This document shows, piece after piece, positions 30,101 to 41,110 of a stretch of DNA of 64,000 nucleotides. The position numbers and the translations under genes are program-made. Under the pieces are notes generated by a model. That model saw only the letters and a program-made list of their open reading frames with translations. It was not told the origin of the DNA and did no database searches. The stretch's first letter is position 1; each line of letters begins with the position of its first letter. This DNA comes from Balanoglossus misakiensis (taxonomy: Eukaryota; Animalia; Hemichordata), in NCBI GenBank assembly GCA_040954595.2, contig CM082595.2:705690-769689 (forward strand). The letters run 5' to 3'.

Positions 30101-33100
30101 CAGTTCATAGTCTTTGTAAAGTGTCGTCTGGTAATCTGCATTGTTCTCAATAAATTAACTAAATTAAGGATCTGATTAATGGCGACAGAATGTCAGATCA
30201 ACAGACCCAGATGTGTTTCGCTTTCCTCATGCACTATGTCACCCCTGTTCGTAAAAGAACATACCCGATACACATGACTCTCAGAAAAATTCTTTTCTCT
30301 ATTAATGAGATTATATTTTTCTATAACATTTACTGAATTCTGTGTGCAGTTCCAGAAGACTTTCATGATGTACTTCAAGAATACACTCGACAAGGCCTTC
30401 GGGTTATCGCTATAGCCTACAGAGATCTGCCTGAGGATGTGACCCATCAAGATGTTTTGAAAATAACAAGGTAACACAGCAGTCAAAATATGTTAACAAG
30501 TTCATGATGGTAATAACATAAAATATTGACGAAGAGAGTTTAACGATACATTTCGGCGGAAAACGATTTTTCCCCCTTTGAGAAATGTATTTGTGATACC
30601 AGAATTTTAGATTTGGAAATTTCTGTCTCATGCCACAATTTTGTACTGTTTTTCATAAGGGACGATGTTGAAAAGGATCTCTCCTTTCTGGGTCTTCTGG
30701 TGATGCAAAATAAAATTAAACCAGAGACCAACCCGGTGATCAGACAACTGAAGAAAGCCAAGATCCGTACAGTCATGGTAACAGGTATGTTTCAGGTTCT
30801 GAACAAACCATTTGTCTTTAATTAATTGTATACTTCGGCATTCAGTAGATTTAATCTGCTGCTGACTTGTAGGCCAATACTATCTCAAACAACATGGACT
30901 AAACTATTTGATGTTATCCTTATTTGACAGGTGACAACATTTTAACAGCGATCCATGTGGCCAGAAAGTGTGGCATGATTGAACACAAAGAAATGGTTCT
31001 TCGTGTCGACGCTACACCACCTTCTCTGCACAGTGAGGCTAAACTCGAGTATAAGATAGTCAGACAAGAAATGTATGGGCGGGCTTTCAAAACGAGCGAT
31101 GATGAGTCTAAAGACAGCAATGAAAACAGCGCCATCTTGGACGTTGAGGTATTTTCTTTCTCCACTATTTCTGAACAGGTGTATTTGAATTTTATATTTC
31201 CGTGAAAATGTCATTCGCACCTGGTGAATGACTGTCCGTTTACTTATTTGTATCTCTACGTTTTGTGACAACAGGATCCAGAAAATGTCAAAATTACTGT
31301 CGATGGTGATGCCTTGGAGAAAGTCGACCATAGCATTTATCATTTTGCCATGGATGGAACTACCTTTGCGATCATCATGGACAACTTCCCTGACCTTATA
31401 CCTAAGGTAATAACAACATCGTCACCAATGACATAATAAAACAACAACAACAGCTACTGTACAATACTCCAATACTACAGCCTAGAATACAGCAGAAGTC
31501 ATGCTATCCATATAAAAACACAGAGTGGGAAGCCAGTATTCTACAACGCTTGTCTCACTACAAAAGAACCACAGAATATGCCCTTCAGAAGACATTTGTA
31601 TATTCAAGACACAAATTGTCACACACCACCAGTACACTAATACTAAGCCTTGTTTGTCTTCATGAATAGATTGCTGTCAGAGGAACGGTGTTTGCTCGTA
31701 TGTCACCCGACCAGAAAGCACAACTGATTGAAGCGCTGCAGAATATCGAGTAAGATTTCAAATACACTCACTTTATGTTGTCATTCTATTGTTAGTTACA
31801 CATCAATTTATCGCTACAACTACCACAACACCGGCATGGTTTGTATCGAGTTAAGGAGTACAATGTTGCATTTTGATTGATGTCGTAAATGCAAGATCAG
31901 TTGATACGTATAAGTGACATTAAACCATCCCGTTAAAGAAGTTGTTATATTTATCTCTTAGATATTATGTCGGCATGTGTGGTGACGGCGCCAATGATTG
32001 TGGGGCATTGAAGACAGCTCATGCTGGAATATCTCTTTCTGAAGCCGAAGCCTCTGTTGCATCACCGTTTACTTCCAAGACTCCAAACATCGAGTGTATA
32101 CCTACTTTAGTTAGGTAAGTTGATTTATATCACATATTCTGTGTGTGTATTTAAATCTTTTGTGGATTAATGTCTCGGAATGTGAAACTTTCAATGATGA
32201 AATTCCTTGATTTTTTTCAGGGAAGGGCGTGCTGCTTTAGTGACTTCTTTCGGTATATTCAAATACATGGCCATGTACAGTATGATCCAGTTTATTTCAG
32301 TCATGATTCTAAATACGGTAAGATTACAGAAACTATTTACTAGTGTATGTATGTATCTTTAAAGGTGAGGGGGTACATTTTGAAAAGTGGCCATAATGAA
32401 TAATGAGTTTACCCTGGAAATTTTACATGGACTAGGAAGTCGAGGAAAACCTTATGTTTTGTTTAGATCATGCACTGGTATCTCATTGAACCATTTTGTT
32501 TGAATTACAGCTGCAGTCATTCCCAGGTGATTGGATGTTTATGTACTGGGATATCGCTATCACCCTAGCAGTAGCCTTACTTAGTAAGTACTCATTTCAC
32601 CCTAGAGGTCATGGTATTTGTGTTTGATTGTTCTGGTCGTGATTGAGCCCTGTTTCCATGATTCAATGAAAATGACTGATCCTCTCTTCTCAGGTGGCCG
32701 TAACCATGCCTACAAGAAACTGGTACCCAAGAAACCGCAATCTCAATTGATGGAAGCTCCGCTGATCTTCTCCATGATCGTGATGATTTTGTTGCAGCTG
32801 TTGTTCCAAGTGGCGGGTTACCTTGTTCTCACCACCCGACCATGGTAAGGTTTAGAGATATGAACAATTCCCCTTGATAGGGTCAGCTATATGTTTGTGA
32901 TGAATTAAGTCATTTATTCTCTCTTCATCGAACTTTAACCCAGTCTGGCTCCTCTGGGCAGATGTTCAGAAATTGTCCTCAATAATACATCATCAAATGA
33001 AAACTACCTTTTCCCAGAAATGGTGTCTAAATGTGATTGTCTTTTCCCAGGTTCACCCCAGTGGTTCCTGAGAAAGATTCCTTGAATATACTATGCTACG

Positions 33101-34304
33101 AAAGTACGGTCATCTTCTACGTATCAGCCTTCCAGTATATATCAGTAGCCTTTCTCTTCTCCAAAGGACCTCCATTCAGGAAGGCCATCTACACCAACAG
33201 TATGTATAACTGCTACCATGCCAACTGCAATGCACTACCACAATATTACCTGCGTTATTTCACATGGAAGCATAGAATCTAGACACAAAACATGGACTAT
33301 TTGTGTCATTTGATGTAGTGTGCTGTTTCCAGCAAAGCTCAGTGATCGATGGACTAAAATTGGCAAGCGATGGTACTGCGGGATTTGAAACACCTTGTTA
33401 TAATTCAACATTCATGGAAGTCCCTTTTTATGGTAAGCTGTACTAGTTCACGTGATGAACAGTGATTTGTATGTTTTATTGTTCTACAGTTCCATATACG
33501 GTGTCTTTAATCGTCCTGACCATTGTGACAGCTTACTTGGTCCTGTATCCCGCTGATAAACTGAGAGAATCCTTCCTGGTAAGTGACATTCCATCCTTTA
33601 TTTCTTTCTTTATTAATTAAGAAGTGAATATCCAAAACACCTGTGCACGTGTGTTGTGGGAGTTTATTCAGTGAAATTACTCCCTTTTTACTTGCTAGCA
33701 ACAATGACATAATCGGCAGTGCATATACAATAATCATGAGTGCACAAAGTACAGAGAGCTTTTACCACACTCAGTTAGTCACACTAATTTCTATTTTCTC
33801 ACAATTCTATCAACAGCTAATGTATCTTCCAGAGTTCCTCTTCCGAGTAGTGATTATTGCACTGAGTCTGGCTAACTTCTTAGCAGCAACTATAGTCGAG
33901 GTGAGCTCCATTGTATGTACATCTGATTATAAGAAGAGAGAGAGAGAAACTTGTAAAGGAGTCAAGGGAAAAAGAGTGAGCGAGAGAGAGAGAGAGAGAG
34001 GAGGGAGAAAGAAAGTGGTTGTGAGGGAGGGAGGGATTGTTAAAATACTGGCAGCAAGTTTTGACTCAGTTTCTTTTCATTTGATCTCTTACAGGTGTAT
34101 ATTGCTAACAGTATCTTCGTCAGAGACATTCTGACATGCAAGAAGTACAGGGGGTCACACACCCTACCCAAACATATGCAGATACAACAGGAGCTGTCAG
34201 CTGACGCGCATTGGCCCCCTGTGACGCACAATTCAGAGAATTCTGAACCAGTTAAGCGCACGGCTTCAAGAGAAGCTCGCCCTGCTATGGAATCCAGTTT
34301 TTGA
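15166..34304 (+). CDS. ATP13A3: P5B-type ATPase / polyamine-transporting ATPase 13A3-like, 31 coding exons, 1240 aa
   Basis: Phase-consistent GT-AG exons: 15166-15234, 18071-18238, 20043-20101, 23715-23865, 24055-24155, 24372-24449, 24606-24675, 24955-25092, 25348-25414, 25591-25722, 25884-26051, 26143-26253, 26432-26478, 26579-26767, 26997-27058, 28461-28602, 28887-29021, 29502-29655, 30350-30470, 30660-30784, 30931-31148, 31275-31406, 31670-31749, 31962-32114, 32221-32317, 32511-32583, 32694-32844, 33051-33199, 33490-33578, 33817-33900, 34095-34304 (total 3723 nt, multiple of 3). Motifs: [23 protein letters not shown]5 signature PPALP, phosphorylation site [50 protein letters not shown]. 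The short N-terminus ([25 protein letters not shown]) resembles ATP13A3/4/5; exact paralogue assignment needs a tree. Confidence 0.93.
25755..25875. repeat. (TCC)n(TCA)n and degenerate trinucleotide tract filling an ATPase intron
   Basis: Inside intron 25723-25883. Confidence 0.8.
26485..26546. repeat. 30-bp tandem duplication in a 100-bp intron
   Basis: ATATTTAAAGTTCT(T/A)AATTTGTAGCCAAGC twice with one mismatch. Confidence 0.85.
29029..29241. mobile_element. Possible degenerate MITE in an ATPase intron
   Basis: Imperfect terminal inverted repeats TATAATGGAGAATCATTT ... AAATGGTTCTCCCCATTATA, about 210 bp apart, with inner G-run and C-run. Confidence 0.4.
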
Positions 34305-36758
34305 TTCCTGTAAAGTGACTTAGGAGGGGATAACATATTTCTATGACAACACTGAAAAAAATCTACATAATGTGGGCAAATCTCATATTTCCCACAAAGT
34401 AATACGAAATGACGGGAAACATATAAGCAGTCCTTTAAGCCATTTTATAAAAACAGTATCAAGCTTGAGCCTTTGAAGTGTTATTTCTAGATTAGTTGAG
34501 TCCCTTTTCAGTTTTTCATGAAAACTGGGCTAATTTACCAGGTATGTTGTAAAACTGGGTTTATGACTAAGATGTTTTTTTTCTTGTCAGATCATAACAA
34601 GAATTGCAAAACACTAAAAACAAAATCCAAAGTGCGTCACCGACTTTAATTCCCCCCAAAAATGCATCATTAGAAACTACCTGTTCTTATTCGATTATAT
34701 TTCTGAACTCAAACCCAAATGTTATGAAATAATATTCACACAAAAACATCAATATATAAATACATGTGTCAGCTAAGTGGTATAAACAAAAATGAAATTG
34801 ATTTAAAATATAGAATATTTTTCAGGTTTTGAGCAGAATGTTTGTAAATGATGTTTGTTTGTGTGAGGAAATCGTGACTAAATGATTCATAGTGAATGTG
34901 TCAAAACCTCCCTTGAGTACAAAGTAATCTGTATTTTTATTTTATTTATAAACATTGATATTCTATAGATATTAACCATGCAGATTATTGTTTTCATGTT
35001 TACTTTGAGAACAATTGGATTGTACAGATCCTGTTAGCTAAATCGTGAGAACATATCTTGGCTGTTTTGATGGAGTGGTAGAGAATGAGATATGCAAAAC
35101 GATCGATGCAAGTTTATCTACCTTTGATAACAGTGAATCTCATGGCCCTAGTAACATTGTAATGCTGGTAGCTTGTTATTTATATACTGAACATTTTTGA
35201 GAACTTGAGAATAAATAGGCTATCCTTAACTTGTATGTGAGACAGACTAGAAATGGTTTCAAGCTTTAGAATTTTAAGTATATATGTAATTTTGACTTGT
35301 TCGTGTTTTTTGAGTACTCGGGTAATAACCTGAAAAAGTGTTGTGATTTAAAAGAGTCACTTTGATGAACTGCCATAGAAAAAATAATTTAGTGTCAATC
35401 ATTGATGGTTCCTCCTCTTCGTATTGTTGCATATCCCACCAGAAATATTACTGAGTGACTACTTATTGGCCCAAATATAATTTGTGCGTAACTCGTTTTT
35501 CTGTAAAGATTGTGAATATAACTTTTCACCCCTTCTTTAGTGAAATTGTCAATATTTTACAAAATTCAGAATGATAATCAATATAGTCATGTTACGATAA
35601 ACTGTTTATACACATTTTTCAAATCCTGATAGAAACTTTGATGCTTGTATGCAATGTGTACGTAATGTTTGCATTTTTATGAGACCAGTTTCATCTTCCC
35701 ATCAACCCCCAACAGATGGCTATTGACATTTCAGGGCCCTCAATGGACTGTCTGTGGGATTGCCAAGGTTTCCATGGAACAACCTAAGGAATTTCCTTTC
35801 TTCCATGGAATGACTGAGGTGATATTCCAGTCCTGCAAGGAATACTAATTTGTGGCTGCTGTTAAGGCGAAGTCTGTATGTGAAATCGTGCCACGCAACG
35901 AGAGAAAATATATTGAGAGTGTTGGATGTTGTTATGTACTGAGTACACTGCTTGACGACTATCCCAACATACCCTCAAATGCTAACAGGGAGGGGGAGGG
36001 GGGCTCTTCCATGTAAATGTCATTTTCAAAATTAAATGTACAATGTACATGTATATCTGTTATATATCTGTAACATTGGAGAATTGTACAAATACATGTA
36101 TTATGAATTGTATGGCAATCAGTGTATTTTGTACAGAAAATACGTGTGAATACAAGCAATACTCCTTCCATTACTATTCAAGAGTCTTATAGCTTATGAA
36201 GATAAATTGTTAATGATGTAGATAGGCGTATTTGGAGAGAACAATGAGATGTATTGTGATAATATATACATGTAATTAATGATTGTGTTATTCGCATGCT
36301 ACCAAATTTTGAATTGTGTCTATGTATAAACCATGCAACTATACAGCGCTTGAAGTCATAGAATTGGTATCATCTGGGTATGTAGATTTTTTATTGTTTC
36401 TTGATCTATCAACTTGCTGATTTGTTGCTGCTGTGGTTTTAAATTATGAAAATAAATAAGTGTTCTTTGGTATTGTTACAGTGAAATTTTGTGTCCAGAT
36501 GTCTTTGTTATCCCACCCTGACCCACAGCCATACTTTGGTAAGTCCCTATCAATTTCGATTGTGTTATTACTTCAGTGTGCGGATGTTTCTGAAGACCAA
36601 CTTGCATAACCCAGAATGCAATCATAATTTCACAGCTAGGAGAAAAAATAAAACAACATTTATTCAATTTCTCATGAAAGAATATCATTGCTCCTTATGC
36701 CTGCTTTAATAAATGTCATCAAATTTGGCTAAAGCTATAGAAATGCCGGATTTCAAAA

Positions 36759-37973
36759 TCATGTCTTTCTCTGCTGGCCTGTCTCTGAAACTTTGGCTGA
36801 AAAATTCCTTCTGTATTCTGTCAGCCATTGTGATGTGTCTGATGGAGGTACATTGAATAGAGCCCTCTCTCTCTTCCGTCGGAGATTCTCCTGACTAAGT
36901 GCTTCCTGTTGCCGCACCATTTCGATCTCCTGCCGTTTCTTTGCACGCAGAGCAGCGGGATAAATATTCAGTGGCTGCAAAACAAAAATATGTTTTGGGT
37001 GTCACTCTCTGAGGGCAGTTCATGTATAGCACGAATCAGAAGATTAGGGTGATGATGATGATGATAGAAACTTTTATGTCGAGGCATTATCAGTCAGCTG
37101 GCACTTGTGTAAACCAATCAGTATGGTCATTCAAATGGACCATGCTAAGTTTGAAAGCAAGATCATGAAAATAATGCAAACACTGGGAACTATTGAGGTT
37201 TTAACCCTTTCACCCCCAGCTCCCGCTTTAGAGGTCCAAACTTACCATAGATAACAATGGGTTTGGACCGAACCATGCTGGTGAAAGGGTTAAAATGTCA
37301 ACTTACATGTGCAACAGCTGCTTTGACATTATGTGTCCTCTGAGCGCCAGTGTGTCTTTCACGGTCTGCCCATCCAAAAGCCAGGAATGGCGGTCGAATC
37401 TGGGGTGCCACTTGTTTTGGTGACTTGGCAGATCTTCTGCAGCCCCCTGTAGCGGTTTGTGGTCTCGGCTTTTTAGGTTTTGCCTGCCTAACAACCTCGG
37501 GTGTTGCTGGTTCCAAAAATAAAAGGAGTTAGAATGTTACCCCAGGAAACATTTCAGAAATTACATACATGAACAATACATGCCACATAAGTATAAATAT
37601 TGGTCAGTGAAATCAAAAGAATTCAATTCTGAAAGTCGATACCTGGCTCCAATTTTTCTTCATTGACTGAATTATTCATGTTATAATTTCCAGCAGATAG
37701 TCCTTTGGGTGCTCCTTGGGAACTGTCGTCTCGCTCTTCCAGAAAATCGTCTCTCTTTTCTCTGTGATATACTGGTGCAGACTGTGGTCTTTTCTCCATT
37801 CCTCTGTCACTGTCATTTTCCCATTCCCAATCTTCCCACTCAAACGGTTCATGATGGTATTCCCGTTGTTTCCTCTGTAAGCGGTAGTCTATCTTCTCTT
37901 TGTAATGGTGGAAATGCTGATTCCATTGCGGTCCACGGAATTCACGCCGATACTCTGTTCTCTTGAACACCAT
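36759..37973 (-). CDS. CCSAP: Centriole, cilia and spindle-associated protein, 3 coding exons, 248 aa
   Basis: Exons 37973-37643, 37506-37307, 36974-36759, GT-AG and phase-consistent (747 nt). N-terminus KRTEYRREFRGPQW..Y..KIDYRLQRK..E..HEPFEWEDW, central PPFLAFGWAD..THNVKA, IYPAALRA and C-terminal WLTEYRRNFSAK match the CCSAP family pattern. AATAAA on minus strand at 36659-36664. Confidence 0.85.
37201..37293. mobile_element. Miniature piggyBac-like MITE (85 bp) with TTAA target duplication, in a CCSAP intron
   Basis: TTAA-CCCTTTCACC...GGTGAAAGGG-TTAA: perfect 10-bp TIRs starting CCC, plus internal inverted repeat GGTCCAAAC/GTTTGGACC. Confidence 0.65.
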
Positions 37974-38063
37974 TTTAACACCAATGCCTAGGTCTCACCA
38001 CTACAGTACATAACAAAACCAAATTAGTATAAGTTTCTTAGGATCTGCAGTTGGGACAAAATG

Positions 38064-38146
<83 letters not shown>

Positions 38147-38147
38147 A

Positions 38148-38187
<40 letters not shown>
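38064..38187. repeat. (CAT)n microsatellite, about 41 units
   Basis: Pure run with one CAA interruption; probably in a 5'-UTR intron of CCSAP (minus-strand acceptor at 38001-38002). Confidence 0.97.
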
Positions 38188-38189
<2 letters not shown>

Positions 38190-38426
38190 TTTCACCTGTG
38201 GCACGTACATGCATGTACTACAACCAGTAGAGGCTATGTACACAAACAAGACAGCGCTCGGTTAAATTACGGTTACCGTACGTCCTTGATCTTGTGGAAT
38301 TTACTACGTAGTAGATTTTCACGTACTTTATCCTGGGAAACCCTGGAAAACGGCTGAGGGTGTGCGATAGCTCTGTCAGCGTCACTGGAATGTAATGTTG
38401 TTGTTCAGAGGTGAAACCCCCACGCT

Positions 38427-38440
38427 TGGTCACGTGACCA
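38427..38440. promoter_or_regulatory. Perfect 14-bp palindrome TGGTCACGTGACCA (extended E-box, CLEAR/USF type) between divergent genes
   Basis: Exact GTCACGTGAC core, flanked by the direct repeat CCACGCTTG, between the CCSAP and FMN-reductase starts. Confidence 0.55.
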
Positions 38441-39003
38441 CGCTTGCCTCGTTTCCAGGCAGCAGGAAGGTCATGACCCCACAGCAACTCAACGTAACCA
38501 ACGTACCTGGAGGATACTTTTGCAGAAAAACAAAAGAGGACCGCGATCTCTACAGCTGTGCTACAGTGTTTAATTTCACAACCAGATCTACTGTCTATAT
38601 AAATTGATGTATAGAAATGTCCTTGTCAACAAGTATGAGCCTTTAATCCAAACACTAATGTCTCAAGTATTGTGCGACGTTACTTAAAACAGAGGAAAAC
38701 AAAAATCACCAAAATTGTTTGTATTACAAGTAGAGACTTATTTAATAAGAACGTGATTATTATGATCGTCTGCCGTGGGAAGTCTCGGTTGTTTGACCCT
38801 GAACCATTTTTGCAGACTGCAAGTTCGTCGGATCTTGGTCAAACAGTCAATGACCTCATTATGAACAGTTGTGCAGGGATTAGACTCTATTGTGATAATA
38901 AGGCTTTGAGAGTAGCACCCCCCGATGAATGTCCTTGCACATTCACTTACTCAGCAAATTTCATTCAACGTTGATCATTACACCAACGACTCACTCAGCA
39001 AGC

Positions 39004-40357
39004 ATGGCTACCGGAGAAGGTCTGAAAGTGGTTATGTTCCTGGGAACTGTCCGAGAGGGACGAAATGGTCTCCGTGTGGCCAAATTCATGAAAAAACACC
39101 TGGAGAAAACTGGACATCAAGTTACGCTATTTGGTAGGTTTCAGCCAAGAGGGCGTCACCCTCATACAATACCAGCAATTCTATATGTCACAGAAAAGGT
39201 AGTGTGCACTATGAGAGTGATATTTTCTCAATGTTTTATCCATTAGATCCTTTGGAGATGGACTTCCCGCTGTTGAAGAAACCACTGCAGTTTTACAAGG
39301 ATCGATCGGAGGCCCCAGCGTTGTTGTTAGAGTGTGATAAGAAAGTCCAAGAGGCGGACGCGTTTGTGATTGTCTCCGGGGAGTATAATAACAGCATCCC
39401 GCCACCCCTCTCAAACACTATGGATCACTTCCCCCTGCAAAGCTACGGGTTCAAGCCCAGTGGTATCGTTTGCTATTCAATGGGTGAGCAGTTTGGGTAT
39501 ATTAAATCACCAGAGCGACTTTTTAATCTGTCAATGAGATATTATCAATGTTGCTTTTTTACGAATCAACACATAACCGATTCTTTTTATCACAGTAACC
39601 AGATGATTTTGTTTTGGTATACTTGCATTCGTTCGTTCGTTCGTTCGTTCGTTCGTTCGTTCGTTCGTTCGTTCGTTCGTTCGTTCGTTCGTTCGTTCGT
39701 TCATTCATTCATTCATTCATTCATTCATTCATTCACTCATTCATTCATTCATTCATTCATTCATTCATTCATTCATTCATTCATTCATTCATTCATTCAT
39801 TCATTCATTCACTCATTCATTCATTCACTTATTCACTCATTCATTCACTCACTCATTCATTCATTATATTGGGCCGAAAAACACTTGATATTGATACAAA
39901 AATGAAAACTGTTTTTCGGAAACATAAATGAAAACCATGATTATATATGCATGTTACTTTTTCCAGAATAATGTAAACGATTTCCTATATTAATATACCT
40001 AAATCAACCGTAAAGTTTTACGTTTTGGTCCTTTAAAGCAAAAGTACGCCTATGTGGTATTTGTGCAAATATTTTCGCGACTGTACAACCGCTATTTTAT
40101 TTTCATATATATCCTTTCTTGCAGGTATGTTTGGAGGTATAAGAGCTGCAATGCAACTGCGCGCACTACTTGGAGAACTTGGCTGCATATCTGTGTCCAA
40201 CATCTTCGCCATTCCGCGCGTCCACGAGGCTTTCGACGAAGATGGGGTGCCGAAGAATGACCATATGGAGAGAGGCGCCGATCGCATGCTGGCTCAACTT
40301 GACTGGATGGCTCATGCTATGAAGAACCACAGAGATAAACATGGAGTGCCAAAATAA
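39004..40357 (+). CDS. NADPH-dependent FMN reductase / quinone reductase (flavodoxin-like FMN_red family), 3 exons, 199 aa
   Basis: Exons 39004-39133, 39247-39483, 40125-40357 (600 nt, phase-consistent GT-AG). FMN-phosphate loop LGTVREGRNG, ADAFVIVSGEYNNSIPPPLSNTMDH (PEYN-type motif), KPSGIVCYSMG.FGGIRAAMQLR. AATAAA at 40701-40706. Confidence 0.9.
39628..39865. repeat. Compound microsatellite (TTCG)n then (TTCA)n
   Basis: In intron 2 of the FMN reductase; the switch is at about 39702. Confidence 0.97.
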
Positions 40358-40837
40358 ATGTACATTTGCATCGGGCGTGATATGAATAATCGCTTTAAAA
40401 TTTTCACATTGTGTTCACTAGCATAACTTGAAGATTAGACCTTGTATATATTGTCTAGTTTTGAAATCAAGCACACAAGGTCCAACAGCTACCAACCAGA
40501 CTAATATAAATCATAGATGTGACAAGGAGAGAGAAATCTAGATTTGTTTTTGTGGGAACGATTTTTTTTTGCATCCAGGTTTTTTGGAATTAACATTCTT
40601 GTCTGAAACCTGTCTATTGAAAATTATTGGAGATGTATCGTGTGCTTTTGCAAGTAAAACAAGAAAATGCAGTGTAAGCCTACACATAAAACAAACATGC
40701 AATAAAATAACCATATAGTTGCAACGATGACATTGTAATTCTTATTTTATTCATGCATAACTTCGTTCAAAAATGACAACCCATGTCTGACACATTAGTT
40801 GCAAGATGAGAGTCAGTTACATGTACAAGGAAATGCT

Positions 40838-41110
40838 TTATTGACGTGGAGGGTGATGTGGCGGTGGTGGGGGATGAGAACCTCCGGCATCATCCGGTGG
40901 GGGAGGAAGATCACACCCATCGTCGCCTCCGTTATAATCAGGGTAGTTGCTGTTATTCTCGTCGTTGGCGATGTTACAGTTACGGCTCGTGTCGCCCAGG
41001 CCACTGTCGCTGCGGACTTCACCCTTGAAACAACCCAAAATATACGGATAGTCTTCGGTCATGTGATATCTGTAGACGCCGTTGACGTACCGCCCATGAC
41101 ATCCGTCAAC
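40838..41110 (-). pseudogene. 3' coding fragment of a YHYH-domain protein, interrupted by the satellite array
   Basis: Minus frame reads VDGCHGRYVNGVYRYHMTEDYPYILGCFKGEV, then a low-complexity tail ending PPPPHHPPRQ*. This fits the YHYH-family C-terminal pattern D.C.G..Y.YH.T..YPY..GCF.G. Upstream, the frame enters satellite DNA and reaches TGA at the fifth codon. AATAAA on minus strand at 40746-40751. Confidence 0.7.

Noticed and set aside
38001-38357. Poly-Met and poly-His ORFs
   Set aside because: Translations of the (CAT)n microsatellite.
39484-39931. SFVR/SFIH repeat-protein extension
   Set aside because: Read-through into an intronic tetranucleotide microsatellite; the true exon ends at the 39484 donor.
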